From contig OW569393.1 in NCBI GenBank assembly GCA_937625935.1, positions 248,001-312,000 on the forward strand: a stretch of 64,000 nt of DNA, in the 5' to 3' direction. A program made the translations under genes and the position numbers. Every line of letters starts with the position of its first letter. Positions within the stretch are counted from its first letter, which is position 1. Shown one piece after another: positions 1 through 12,922 of this stretch. This DNA comes from Tetramitus jugosus (taxonomy: Eukaryota > Protista > Heterolobosea). The notes beneath the pieces are model-generated. The model was not told the origin of the DNA. It ran no database searches and saw only the letters and a list, made by a program, of their open reading frames with translations.

Positions 1-444
1 TGGAAGATATTGAAGAAGCCAATGGAATCCAAGAGATTGTTGAAGCAATCAATGTGCTTGGTTTTGACTGGAAAGCAAGAAAATGAAAAGGGAATGAACA
101 AAGATTTATTGAAGAACTTCCTTTTGCCACCTATTGAATCCCATTTGAAGAAAATCATTGAAAAGGGGGCATTCAAAGATTTGTCAAATGAATTCACAAG
201 CAAATTGATCAAAAAATCTGCTGAGAATGCACTGTTTCTTGCTGCACAACTCGTTGTTTCGAAACCAACAATGGGAATTATTGCACCAAAGAAAGGCAGT
301 GACTTCAACCCAGACAAGCACGAAGATGCAACGTGTGAAACAAAAATGGTTGTGACATCAATCAAGAGACCTGGGTTGATTTGTGTGCGAGACAACAGAG
401 TATTTGCCAAAGCATCTGTTGAAACAGAAACCAAAAACGCTTAA
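1..444 (+). CDS. 3' part of coiled-coil protein with C-terminal GrpE-like domain (subfamily A); runs off the window start
   Basis: Frame is open from base 1. Near-identical to 26276-26719. C-terminus KGSDFNPDKHED...VTSIKRPGL...DNRVFAKASVET resembles the GrpE motif FDPxxHEA...V..V...GY...RvlRpAxV. Confidence 0.75.
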   Translation, partial: WKILKKPMESKRLLKQSMCLVLTGKQENEKGMNKDLLKNFLLPPIESHLKKIIEKGAFKDLSNEFTSKLIKKSAENALFLAAQLVVSKPTMGIIAPKKGSDFNPDKHEDATCETKMVVTSIKRPGLICVRDNRVFAKASVETETKNA

Positions 445-550
445 GGAGTGCCAATACACAAAGATTGGCGCTATTACCATCACTCACACATCAGTATCTA
501 CAGAAAAGAATGAATTAAGATGATTATGTCTAATATTTTTATTTGAAATT

Positions 551-2485
551 CTAATGATTCTTTTTGCTTGTTGTCTCAACAAGACATTTCTTTTGTACTC
601 TGTTGTCAACGACACAAATAAGACCTGGTCTCTTGACGAAAGTGACGACAAGCTCCGCTTCACATGTGGCATCTTCATGCTTTTCAGGATTAAATTGTTC
701 CTTGTTCACTCTTGGAGCAATGACATCCAGTCTTGGTTCACAAACAAGGAGTTCAGCAGCCAAATCAATTGATACACGAGCACATTCATCAATATTGTTC
801 TTGGTCTCATCATCATTCAAATCAACCAACTCTTTGAATTGAGACTTGATAATCTCACAAATGTTGTCATGAACAATACGATACAACTCCTTCTGTAATG
901 TATCTCTTTCATCCTTTGTTCCCTCCTTTCCAGTCAAAATCTTGGCTGTTTTCAATTCATTACACTTTGGTTTCTTCTTCTTGTGGATTGATCTCCAAAA
1001 TCCTTCTCCAAACAGAGATTCAACCAACTTTTGTTGACATTTTCTTTTGGCCTTCTTGAATTCTCCTTCATCTGATCCATTATTTTCAGACTTTTTTGAC
1101 ATACAGCTCAACAATTCACTCAATGTGTCCATAGCATCGTCAAATGTCTTTGAAGCTCCTGCAATTTTGATCGCACCTGTGTCTGCATTATTGGCCAAGG
1201 AACGATCATTTATGGCCTTTTCATTGATCAAGAGTTGCTTTCCATCAGCAATTTCTTGTTCTTTTTTCTTCATTAATTCGTTCAATACTTCGATTTGTTG
1301 CAAGTAATTTGTCTTTGACTCCTTCAATTCGTTTTCAATTTTGGTAATCTTTGATTTGAGTTCGGAAATAACATCCTTTTGATTGCTGATCTCATATTCC
1401 TTATGTTTCACTTCTTCTTTACCTGTCTTGACATCATTCTTGAGATGAAAGATATCATTCTTTTGCTTTGTAATCTCTTGATTCAATTTCACGATCAATT
1501 CGTTCAATACTTCGATTTGTTGCAGGTAGTTTGTCTTTGACTCCTTCAATTCGTTATCAATTTTGGTAATCTTTGAGTTGAGTTGGGAAATTATATCCTT
1601 TTGATTGCTGATCTCATATTCCTTACGTTTCACTTCTTCTTTACCTGTCTTGACTTCATTCTTGAGATGAAAGATATCATTCTTTTGCTTTGTAATCTCT
1701 TGATTCAATTTCTTCACTTCATCTTCCTTTGTCTTCAACTTTCTTTCAATTTCGTCCAGTGTTTTTTTGCATTCATCATCTTTCTTCTTCATATCAGATT
1801 GCTTTTTGATGGTATCTGTATGGTTACGAATCTCTGTATTCTTCTTTTCAATGGATTCTCTGAGCTCTTTCACTTGATTTTGCAATTGTTTGATTTTGAC
1901 ATCGACGCTCTTGAGTATGTTAACGAAATCAGGGTTAATTTGGCAGACCAACAATTTTTCTTCCAGAGATTCAGCTGTTTCAATCAACTCCTTGATTAGA
2001 AGATCTTTCTTGTTTATCTGGGTTTCAAGTGTTTCGACACTCTCTGAGAGTTTCTTGTTTTGGCCTTCTAGCTTGGCCTGCTTTGATGTTTGGATTGATA
2101 ATACAGTACGCAAACGGATACTTTCTTGTTGGGCTTGGCTTTTTTCCTTCTCCAGAATCATATTTTGGTCCCCTTGCTGGATCTTTTCTTTCTCAAGGTT
2201 TGACTTTTGGTTTGAAATTTTAAGCAGTTCCCTCTTTAGTTGAACGTTCTTTTCCTGGAGTTCCTTGTTTTCTTTTTCAATTTTTTTGTTTTCCTTCTCA
2301 AGTTGAGATTTTGATTCTTCTATTTGCTTGGCTAATTTATTTTTCTCTTCTGCAAGCTTCAAGTGAGCTTGTTGTAATAGATAGATTATATCTTCCGAAT
2401 TGTTGTCCATGGCTTGTGAATTGCGTTTTGTGCAGGATGTGTTTTGTGCAGGAAATTTTTTTACCAAATTATTGTTGGTTGGCAT
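551..2485 (-). CDS. 644-aa long coiled-coil protein with C-terminal GrpE-like domain (subfamily B)
   Basis: Intact ORF with a heptad-rich N-terminal two-thirds. C-terminus FNPEKHEDAT...VTFVKRPGLICVVDNRVQKKCLVET. Near-identical C-terminal halves at 18315-20408 and 27265-28230. Confidence 0.8.
   Translation of the reverse strand: MPTNNNLVKKFPAQNTSCTKRNSQAMDNNSEDIIYLLQQAHLKLAEEKNKLAKQIEESKSQLEKENKKIEKENKELQEKNVQLKRELLKISNQKSNLEKEKIQQGDQNMILEKEKSQAQQESIRLRTVLSIQTSKQAKLEGQNKKLSESVETLETQINKKDLLIKELIETAESLEEKLLVCQINPDFVNILKSVDVKIKQLQNQVKELRESIEKKNTEIRNHTDTIKKQSDMKKKDDECKKTLDEIERKLKTKEDEVKKLNQEITKQKNDIFHLKNEVKTGKEEVKRKEYEISNQKDIISQLNSKITKIDNELKESKTNYLQQIEVLNELIVKLNQEITKQKNDIFHLKNDVKTGKEEVKHKEYEISNQKDVISELKSKITKIENELKESKTNYLQQIEVLNELMKKKEQEIADGKQLLINEKAINDRSLANNADTGAIKIAGASKTFDDAMDTLSELLSCMSKKSENNGSDEGEFKKAKRKCQQKLVESLFGEGFWRSIHKKKKPKCNELKTAKILTGKEGTKDERDTLQKELYRIVHDNICEIIKSQFKELVDLNDDETKNNIDECARVSIDLAAELLVCEPRLDVIAPRVNKEQFNPEKHEDATCEAELVVTFVKRPGLICVVDNRVQKKCLVETTSKKNH
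1269..1712. repeat. In-frame tandem duplication, 2 x 222 bp (74 aa), inside the coiled coil
   Basis: aattcgttcaatac occurs at 1275 and 1497. Peptide KLNQEITKQKNDIFHLKN...LQQIEVLNEL occurs twice. Confidence 0.9.
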
Positions 2486-2599
2486 TTTGAAGTTTCAATG
2501 AACATTTTATTTTACAATAATTGTAATTTCATGAAATGCTGTTCCACAAATTCATTGAATTTCAATTTGGAACGATAACTCATAATCAACATAATACTC

Positions 2600-3110
2600 C
2601 GAAGTATATGTTTACGGCTCACGAGGGAAGATATTACTTGAGTACCAACAAGCACGCACCGTTAACCACAGCTTCTCCACTGAACTTTAGCATGATAAGT
2701 CTAAGACTTTAAGTGGGTGTTTCACATTCTTCTTTCAATCTCTTCCGAAGAACTTCACTTTGACCGAAGCCACCGACCAAGAAGATGAAATCAACTGATT
2801 TTCTTGTCCTTTAGTTTCAATTGTTCTTTCACTTGTGATACAATGGTATCTACTGGCTTTTGGAAGATTCCCTCGACATCTTTACCGGACAATTTCAATT
2901 TGAATGTATCTTGATCTTTAATTTTTGATTCAGTTACCTGTTTCGAAAGTAAAGGAGGAACGTTCAACTTGATACACACATCTTTGACATCTCTCTTTTG
3001 CTTCTCCCATGTTTGCCAACAACTCCAAGTAGAGGATCGGATTTTCCTTCTTAAATTTTTCAAACTTTGCTTGAGTGAAATCTTCAAAGAGAATGTCATC
3101 GTCCAATGCA
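2600..3110 (-). pseudogene. Decayed HSPA12-like Hsp70 (lobe II/C-terminal ATPase region)
   Basis: Manual translation across frameshifts gives LYLELL..WEKQKR, IFQKPVDTIVSQVKEQL, FIFLVGGFGQSEVLRKRL and SGEAVVNGACLL. These are collinear with FELLSNWESAK, IYMDIIEQICTLVADQI, YIFIVGGFGGSIVLQ and PGEAIVDGALYL of the intact gene. Confidence 0.8.
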
Positions 3111-3347
3111 GTTCATCAAACATCAGTTCGACAATAACTGCAAACTGAAGACTGTAACAATTCAAACCGTCAAATTTATGGAGAAATTGTTGGTTGATCG
3201 AGATTTTAGGATACTTCAATGAATATCTCGTCAAATGATAAACTCCGATGGATTTGAAGGATGACTTGTCAACCTTGACATCAACGAAGGAAAAAAAACT
3301 TTCACCTTCACAAAAAAATCAATAAAACACTCCTCAAATCAAAACAA

Positions 3348-5746
3348 ATGTCAATTCGTGACAAGACTGTTATAAACAAATCAATTGCAATTGCAGTGGA
3401 TTTCGGAACTTCAAGAACAGGTAGGCCTGACAATTATTTTTTTAATGACAGCAGGAACATTGACGTGACTCTTTTTTTTCAAACCTTTCAATCATTTCAG
3501 GTTATGCCTATGGATTTCCTGGAAGAGAAGAAAGCAACAAGGAAATGAACTGGGATGATGCTCCTGAAAGTTATTGCAAAACTTTAACAAAAATTGCGTA
3601 CAATGAAGATGATGAACCAGAATTTTGGGGCTTCACAGCTTGGAAAGAAATGTTAGATGACTGTGACGAAGATAGAGTTCTTCGTTTGTTTGAATTCTTC
3701 AAAATGGGCCTTTTCACTGATGATCATGTTGTGAGAGACACAACTGGTACAGTAGAAAAGGATGCTCTTGATGTAGTTGTTGACTATCTCAAGTTTCTTT
3801 TTGAAAAAATCAAAGAAGATTTGTCAAAGAGAGTTGGTAAAGACATCTCACCGGCTGAGATTGTTTGGTGTCTCACGATTCCTGCCATTTGGAAAGATGC
3901 TGAAAAATCGTTGATGCGTCAAGCTGCTTATAGAGCAGGCATGATTGAAGTTGAACATCCACCAGAGGATGTATTCATGTTGGTGTTGGAACCAGAAGCT
4001 GCTGCTGTTTTTTGTATGATGCAACTCAAGCGTCAAGGAAATCCACTCAGAGATGGAGACAAGTTCTTGGTGTTGGATGCAGGTGGTGGAACTGTCGATT
4101 TGACAGCTCATACATACAGCAAGGGTAAACTCAAGGAAATTACCACTGGTTCTGGAGGTCCTTGCGGTTCATCTGAGCTCGATAAGAAGTTTGAGAAGCT
4201 GATGTCGGAAATCTTTGGTGAAAAGGTGATGGATGACATGAGAAAGAAACATGCCGTTCAACACTTTGAATTACTCAGTAACTGGGAAAGTGCAAAGTGT
4301 AGAACGAAGGATCTAAATGATAGAACATTAGTTAAAGCACCTGGTGTGTTGAATGCCATTCTTCGTAGAGCAGAGTTCAGTAGTTCATGCTTTGATTCTG
4401 ATTCTAATACTATCATTTTGGATCCGAATCTATTGAACAAGATTTACATGGACATCATTGAACAAATTTGTACATTGGTTGCTGATCAGATTGATGCATG
4501 CAAATCAACAACTGGTTCTTCGTTTGATTACATTTTCATCGTGGGTGGATTTGGAGGCTCAATAGTATTGCAAGATATTGTCAAGAGTAGATTCGGTACT
4601 ATGATTAATAAGGGAATTGTTGTTCCTCCTGTACCTGGAGAGGCAATTGTTGATGGTGCTTTGTATCTTGGTCTTGATCCAAGTATTATTTCATCCAGAA
4701 GAATGAGAATGACTTATGGTTGTGCAGCAATGAAGGTCTTTGATCCAAATATTCATGATCCAAAGAAGAGAAAAGTCATTGGATCAACCACCTATTGTGT
4801 TGATATCTTTGATAAGTTTGTGACCAATGGAGAGGAAGTCGAGATTGATAAGGGTGTCACAAGTACGTATAAAGCGTCACTTGCTGATCAAAAGTCAATG
4901 GTCATTGCCGTTTATGGAACAAAGGTAACTAACATGAATTATATCGATGATCCTGCAAGTAACAAAATTGGAGAAATTATTATTGATATGAGCGATACAT
5001 CTGGTGGAATCAATAGATGTGTTGAAGTGACCATGTACTTTGGAAAATCTGAAATCCAATTACATGCTATTGAGAAGAACTCTGGAAAGGAATACAAAGC
5101 TGCCATCAAATTCCAAGGAGAGCTGTTTGAAACAGAACACACAACTACTCATCACCCTGAACATAAGTATCATATTATTTTTTCTAATGATAGATCTGGT
5201 TCAATGGGCTCCACTGATGTAGTCCCTTCTCTCAGTTTCCTTAAGAGTTCTCATAACAACCGCTTGGGAGCTCTGTATGAGGCATGTTCTTCCTTTTTGG
5301 ATCAAAGATCAGGTTCTCAAGATATAGTTTCTTGCATCATGTATGATGATAGCTCTAGTATTTGTTTCGAGAGACGGCCGTTATGTACAAGTTTAGTTAA
5401 AGACTACATGTTGAGGTACACAGCATCTGGTGGAACGTGTTTCTATTCTGCAATGAGTGCTGTTCAAGGTGTTGTTTCTCGAAATCCAAACGGATACACT
5501 CCCATTGTTATTTTTATGACTGATGGTGAGTGTTCAGATGAAGGTGCATCATCGACTCTTCGCAATATCGTGAGTTTATACTCTCACACTGGTTTTAAGC
5601 TTCACTCAGTTTTGGTTGGTCGTGGCAGTTACCATTCATTACTCCAGGAATTTGCTCGTATTGGAGGAGGTACTTTTTCTACTTCGGGCTTGAACTTGGC
5701 TGATATGAAGCAAACATACACCCAGTTGGCTGGGAGACTTGAATAA
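3348..5746 (+). CDS. HSPA12-like atypical Hsp70 fused to C-terminal VWA domain; exons 3348-3420 and 3501-5746 (772 aa)
   Basis: An 80-nt GT-AG intron joins AVDFGTSRT to GYAYG. Motifs WCLTIPAIW, LEPEAAA, DAGGGTVD, IVGGFG and SRRMRMTYG are typical of the HSPA12 type. VWA MIDAS DRSGS, GGT and IFMTDG are present. Confidence 0.9.
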
Positions 5747-6199
5747 AAATCATAGTGTCAACAGCGAGATACTATTATCCAAGTATTGGATGGTATAATT
5801 ATTATTTGTGCTATCAAATACCCGAATAAAAATTCTTGCCGCTTTTGATTTTTTGCCTCAGTCTCCGTCAGTTAACTTTACAGAAGAACTACAGTCGATT
5901 CTTACAGATTCATCCGTAGCAATGTGACACGAAATTGTCAATTTTGGAGCGATCTTTGGAAATTGAAAACTGCAAGGTCGAACAAGCAAAAAGTACCACC
6001 TGACAAAGAAGGAGGTCAACAAGTTGAGGAAAAAGGCAGGTCAGAGTTGTGAGAGTGGATTGTGTTCGATTGTGTGAAGGAAAATGTTTTATTTTTGAAC
6101 GAATTGTTAGTCATCGCAGCAGGACGGAGTGCCAGCTGAGCACATCAACACAGTCAAGTACCTTATTGTCGCATTGAACACACTCCAAACCTACAAAGA

Positions 6200-7500
6200 A
6201 CCCATCCTTTAGCACTTGGACGTGCACCATAACGCTGTTGTCAGACTTGACGATCTTCACTATTCGAACCACTCTATTATCCGTACTGTTGTTAGTAGAG
6301 TCACAAAGAATCAAACCAATAAAATCTTACCTGTTGTCCGAGAGTCTGACGGTCGAAAGAGGGTAATAGCCTCAAAGATTCCCGTTTCAATCTTGAAAAT
6401 CAACCACATATTGCGTTAGTTTTTCATGGATGTTTTCCAATTGCTGCATTGTATGTGATGGCTGGAGAAGATCATAAAGAGCATCAACTAGCATCAAGTG
6501 GTGCTCGTAATAGGGACTGTCCTTTGGAAACAATTATTTGGTTAAACGGGAAGTGTACAGCAAGAAAACCATACATTCAGAGGCCTTGAAGTAGTGTGGT
6601 GCTTCATGATTGACCTGCTGTTTCGGTGGAACACCGACGGTACTTTCTGCTGTACAATAATCTGATCAAATTGTTCCCATGCTTGTGTAGACATGCGAGC
6701 ACCATTATTTTCGTTATACTTCGTTGAATGTTAGCGTTCCGGTGCTTGACAAGTACCAAAAACAGACCATACCTTTGACTCTGTCCACAGTTTCATCAAG
6801 GTGGAAAACAGTCCCTCGAACAAATGCATGAAGTCAATTGAGCCGAACAGTGTCCATCTCCAATAAGAGAGCTCATGGAACACTGATTGCCCAACAAGGC
6901 CATTCACAACTGGTAGCTTCATCCACGGAGCACCTGATATAGTTGATTGGCCTGCATCACCTGGGCCTCTTGTCTCAATGAGTGATCAAACACTAGATCA
7001 CCATGGCTCCTGAGAAGAGGATAACAAAACCTCTTGTCAATCGTCACACCAGAGTGGTTACAAAAACCGCAAGCTCCCTTTCCACCATGTTGCTGTTGCA
7101 TGAATAGTGCTGCTTTCGCAGGCAGATCACACGCAGAATTGATACAACGAACTTTAACCTTTTCTTGAAATCCATAAGGATTTATAATGACCACGCCTTG
7201 CTCTCCTTGCTTTAACTCATCCACAAGAGCTGAGAAAAAAATATTGCTGAACCATAAAATCAACCAACTAAAAAACCATCACCGTTATACAAGATAATTT
7301 CATTTTTAGTTCTATGCCAATATCTATCGAAACTGTTCAAAAATATGGGAAGTGGATCCAATGAGAGGCATTGAAGCTTTAAACAAAGATGGAAAGGTGT
7401 ATATTGTTGGTATGGAAAGAGTGTTTCTAGCCGAAGGGATGCGGACGATGTCACAATTCCTAAATTTTCTCCTACATTTTCTTGTACTGGTATCATTCAA
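6200..7500 (-). mobile_element. Degenerate CACTA/Mirage/Chapaev (CMC, Tnp2-like) transposase
   Basis: LVDELKQ..GV, ACDLPAKA....QHGGKGACGFC and IDFMHLFEG motifs, broken by frameshifts. Termini not identified. Confidence 0.7.
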
Positions 7501-8849
7501 TTCTTTATTTCTTTCCTTGATGGTACTAATACCATGCCTATCTGTTTCTATGCCAGGAACAAAGCTGGAGATTTTCGAAGAATCATAGAGGAGAAACTGA
7601 CAATGATGATAGGTACAGGAATGTAGAAAACTAAAGGTTTGGGCAACTTGCTCTGATGGCGATCCTGAAAACGAAAAGGTTGTCGACTTTCTGCATCAAA
7701 ACTATCGGCACATCAACCATTTATACGACTGTGACCACTTCGTGAAAAACTGTAGGAATAATCTGCTGTGGAACACTCTAATTGTCGACAATCAGATGAT
7801 CAGTGTTAATAGCTTAATCAAAGCCTACAAGTCTTTTTATAGTGGTATATTGCGTTTAAAATGGACAAGCATTCGTCTGAAATGTGTAATCAAATGGAAA
7901 CCAGTCAAAAACTTAATGGTAGTTAATGTGAGTCTGTTAAAAGCCAACACTGATTTAGAATTACAGGCACTGGGCCTCTATATCGGAAACATGAAGAAGA
8001 TATACAATGCCTTTCACAATAATTCGATTAACTGGGAGAACATAAGGCAAAAACTGGAGAGATGCATGAAATTTTTCCTGACGTTCAAAATCTATCCAAA
8101 GAAACGAAGGGACACATCCTCACATCGATTCAGAATTTATTCTTAATAGAACGAACAACCAAAAGAAGCCATTGAGAGTATTCGATTCTCTTGCCTTGGA
8201 ACGATAATGATCGAAAATGTTTTTAGTTCGACATAAGAAACGATATTTCACCGTTGCTAACTACTGTGAGTTATTTGCCAAAGTATGGTTTGTTATGCAG
8301 ATAGTGTTTTGTTCCCAGTCTGAAAGAGGTTTCGAATTGCCACCAAATTCCCTCGGTAAGAATTATGGAGATGTTACGAACTTGGTGTTGAAATTTCCAA
8401 AGCCTCATACTTCGATCTCCTATTAATAGTCAGTCAACAAATGCTCTGGTGAATGAGGCCGTGAAATCTCTCTTGTCTCTATTCCAGAACGAGGTCAAAT
8501 CACAATTGCTGTCCTGTCAAAGGTTGTAAGAATAAACATCTTTATCCAACCATTGGATATTTGGCCAGTCATATGGTGGCATAAGACTACCTATCACTCT
8601 AAAAAAGAAGCCAGATCAGCTGCTATGTCACTCGTCAAAACTTTTTTAGCTGAATTGGCTGTGGAAGAAAACCAAGATTTGTTAATGAAATCACTGCTGA
8701 CTGTGACTGGGAAGGTAGACGTATATCTCTTACTCAGGATCAAATTTCATCCATTCAAGAGTTCATCAAACCACGTCTGCACCACAACAACCATCTAATA
8801 AGACAAAGAGATGCACCAACAACAGAGGAAGATATTTCAAATTTAAGAA

Positions 8850-10000
8850 ATATGAGGACGCAACCACCATTATTACTGACTACTCCCTTATAAGTTATCC
8901 ACAGAATGGTGTTTTGTATCAGTTAAATGTTTCTCAGGGACAAGAAGATGACCTATGGGATGCAGTTCAATTCTGCTACAAGAATTACAGCACTGACAAC
9001 AAATTCAAGTTCAGAGAACAAGTTTGGACCAAAAGGAGTGCTTCGTGTAATGGATGCAAGGCTTGTACACAAGAGGGTTGCGTATCTACAAAGCGTGTTG
9101 ACAGGAGAACGTGTGTTAATCATCCAAATATCACACTAGAACGTCAAGGAACGATTGTGGTCCAATTGTCCTGTGAAATTCTACTGGTTGTTTAACAAGA
9201 GCACCACACAGTACTTCATATCTGTGGGAGATCACAACCACCGTTGACGAAATTGCGAGCAACTGGTAGAACTTAACCTTTTTGAAAAAAACGAGAAGGA
9301 TTTTGAGAATGATGAATTTTCTGGTGTTCCCATCATTCAATTACTCTTCCCTTATCTACGAGTAGTTCATGTTGATGATTCAGGGGCGTTAGTGCATTCA
9401 CAGAACTTATTTCAATCTGTAATAGCATCCAAAGCCGAGTATTTGGTAGTTGATCTGAAGCATGGCAACAATGAAGAAGGTTTGCATCATTTTGGGATAG
9501 CCATAAAATCGATACCAAAAAGTCGACAATGGTGAGCAGAACTCGTATGGATAAGATGGATTCAACTTCATACATAATGGCATTTTTGTTCTTCTTCCAA
9601 ACTCTTGAAAGAGATTGTGAGCTGAGTCTCAGTACTTATCTCCAAGAGACAGGGTACTTGTTGATTACTAGATCAGTATTCTTGGAGCTATGTAGAGCAA
9701 TTCGAGAAGAGAGAGATCAGGAGGAAGTCATCAAAATGTTCTCCCACAGACAGTGCCTTGGGTGAATTGGTGGACCAGAGAACAAAATTTAAAATTGTTC
9801 CGCAGAGCATTCAAGGAAGGGGATGAATGGCATAAAATTCCAAACGATATAAATATTGTTGAAAGCTTGAACAACACTCTGCGAATTGTCTCCAGCAAAA
9901 ATATTGTAGTTCAGTTCAGTGCGGAGTATGCATTAGACTGTAGAGCCTGTGAAGAATGGCGATTAGGCTCTAGTGATATCTCACATTCCGCAACCAATCA
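8850..10000 (+). mobile_element. Degenerate MULE-like transposase with Cys/His-rich GCM-like N-terminus (copy 1)
   Basis: WDAVQF..QVWTKR..CNGCKACTQEGC, then WVNWWTRE and IPNDINIVESLNN. Homologous to 11943-15441. Many stops. Confidence 0.6.
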
Positions 10001-11503
10001 CTACCTGCTCGAATCAACAGAAATCAGAGAAGAAAGAGCAAGAGATATGGAAATAATACCACAGATGATTATAGAGCACCATATTGTACGAGACTCGGTA
10101 TTGGTAGGGGGAGAGAGAATTTCTCAGCTTTGCAATGGTTTCAAGCAGATATAGTAGATTTGACATGTAGCTCTCAACCACAATGTACGGTTGGATTGGA
10201 AATTTATAAAGAATCAGATGATAACGAATCACAACATAGTGATTCTGATGATGAATCATACCAGCCATCCTCCCATGTGGAGCAAGAAACTCGACTGTCC
10301 CTGTCCAAGATGAATCAATGACTCGTCACAGTTGTCTGAACAATCATCAGTTTCCAAGACACCTATTGTTTCTCGTAAGAATCGCAAGCATAGGAGACGT
10401 ATCAATTCAATCAAATCTGATGCACAAACAGTAGTCAGTAGTGAAGTGTCATGATCTGCTGCAGTATCTGGTTCAAGTCGAAGACGTCCACGCAAGCGAC
10501 AGCGAGAAGTTCAAGGAACACTTGGTGGTGGAGCGGATTTTCGAAATGTGGGACTGGGATCCCTGGTTTTGTCTGCGACTCAAAGTTCTGGGAGCTCTGA
10601 TAGGTCCCATTCGGTCCCAGTTTTTGTTGTTGACAATGTCAGTAAAGTATCGAAGATGTAAGAAATATTAGAACATATTTATTTTAATTCTGCCATGGCT
10701 CTTCTTTTGGAATCATTTTCAATCATGCGCATTTGGCGTGATAAGCTCATCTTCACTGGTAGTTGAGGAAGAGAAGTCTTCTGTCTCTTTGGTCTCCGCT
10801 GTACACCATCAGATTCGTAACCATCAGATTCAGATTCATCCTCAACAATTCTCTTCCTCTTCTTGGAGCCTTTCACTGAAGTAGAAGTTGAAGTGGCTGG
10901 TGGACATTGACTGCTGTCACTAGATGATGATAGTCTATTTCCATTCTTAATTCATTATTCTTATCTTCACAAAGCTCATTATTGCTCTCAGATTGAACCT
11001 AGATCCATAATTGCTGATCAAAAGAATTTGACAAGGAGATTTCTTATGAAAAGCCGTTCATATAGAGCCATCCTTTTGTATATTGCCAGGTTATTTCAGT
11101 TGAATATTCATTATCCTTATACTTCATTTCATCGAACAATGTACTCAAAAACTTTTGCATTACATAGAACTGCATGTCAGGTAACTTTGATCTAGAAGAG
11201 CGATAGTTATTGGCCTTAATTAATTAATTATCTATCTGTGTTTGATGAAAGAGTCAACAACAAAATTCGAGTGTTCTCATCTCCCGGTTGAGACTCTCAT
11301 TTTTCTAACGCTTGTTGTCGGGTAATTGTCATAAAATCACGATTGTCCGAAAAAATGCAATCATTTTCAAGATCTGGTTTGAGTTTAATGTCATCTGAGC
11401 TTCAATCATTGAGGGTTCATATGTCACAGTTAACTACGTCTTACTAACCAACCCTTGATAAATATCCTCTTATCATAAAATTGATTGCGTTGTTCATACT
11501 AAC

Positions 11504-11800
11504 ATGACCATGAAGGAATTCGCGGAAGCAATCAGATGGCTAAGGAACAGAAAATGTCCAGGTGCTGACGGTTTTCATAACGAGATGGTCAAACTACCCC
11601 GCACCAAGAAAAGAGACTTCAGATGGGACTTGTCGGAGACTCTCTGCAATTTTCAACAATATCACTGCTACAGGCAAGTTCCCCAGAGCCTGTATTGAGA
11701 ACCCATCTGCTCTGATCAAGCAGTATAAAATGGGAAAGGGTTGTCGCCTTCGGGCTAATGCTCCGCTCGCTGCTTGGGGAACTTGTACTTCATGGTGAAT
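11504..11800 (+). mobile_element. Non-LTR retrotransposon (LINE) ORF2 fragment
   Basis: KCPGADGFHNEMVK followed after a frameshift by LSAIFNNITATGKFP, matching the KaPGpDG...L..lFN....G.fP pre-RT motif. Confidence 0.65.
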
Positions 11801-11942
11801 ATGATGCGGAACCAAGCAGAGCCTGGGTTCTATCATTTTTTGACCTTTGAAAGAGGTGAGGTACTCGAAGGACTTACCGGCTCAGTTCTTGAAGGTCTGG
11901 GGCGTCTTTTTCGGTTCTTTCGTGATATCAATGGTGTGACAT

Positions 11943-12917
11943 TCATATCAACACTTGCATGACGTGTGGTACTATTGCACCGATATCTTGATCTCTAGTA
12001 ACAACGAGCTGATCATCTTCGATATCACTTTTTTTGCTAATCTTTGTGACAGACTCAATGAATCTCTGAAGTCCCGATATATTCTCCTTGCAACGATTTA
12101 TGCCCAATTCAACAGTGTCTGGCGCCCTCCTGAAGGAGAGGTCGACGTTTGATAGAGCGCTTTTGAACTCCAGAAAGGCTCTTTCATCAATATCAAACAG
12201 TGTTGCACTGTTTACAACAACATTCTTGTTGTGTACCAGCTGCATAATGTTATGGAGTGATTCCACATTGTTTGCTGTATGCGGTATATCGCTCCAATGT
12301 TCCACTAAGCTGTACGCCTTGGTGAGTAAACGTAAGTTACAATCTCTTGTCCACCGGTCGACCCATGACCTTGCTCCTGGATATGTAATGTCTATAGCCT
12401 TGAAGATAGTAACGATTGACTCACAATCCTTGTCAAATGGAATGGTCTTACAGAAATTCACAAATCCCTCCTCCTTATCAGCAGAACAAATCAATTTTGC
12501 CAATTGCAAGACCGTACCCAATGTACGTGACAACCTTTGATCAACGATTCCGACAAGTTGTTGTCATCGAAAATCACAGCCAAAGCCAACTTGAGACCCT
12601 AGTACTGTGCTGTGGAGAAGTCAACCAAAATTCCAGCAACTTCATCAAACAATACATTTACATCGATCCCATCTTCCATCAAGGTGTTCAAAAATTGAAC
12701 AAATGCCATCCTATAACTATCCGCAGTTAAACTGTTCATCTGTACTCTGCACAGCATTACAGTTTTGTTCATTATCGGAACAAATCCACATATACCAAAA
12801 TGATGCCGAGCATTATCATGCTTCACATCAATAACAAGACAATCTACAAGGGGGACCAGAGAACTCTGAAAGAACGATTTTGTTTGGATCCAAGTATTTA
12901 AGTCCGTTACCAAGAAG
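11943..12917 (-). mobile_element. MULE-like transposase catalytic region (copy 2, 3' part), frameshifted
   Basis: Putative DDE: VIDVKH / ILVDFS / TANNVESLH. Interrupted upstream by the Ginger element. Confidence 0.65.
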
Positions 12918-12922
12918 TTTCT

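Noticed and set aside
551-2485. Myosin/SMC/viral A-type inclusion annotation
   Set aside because: Similarity would come only from generic coiled coil. There is no motor or ATPase domain, and the distinctive part is the C-terminal GrpE-like domain.
8553-8798. YHSKKEARSAA as a dsRNA-binding-domain helix
   Set aside because: Too short, and the rest of the domain is not recognisable.
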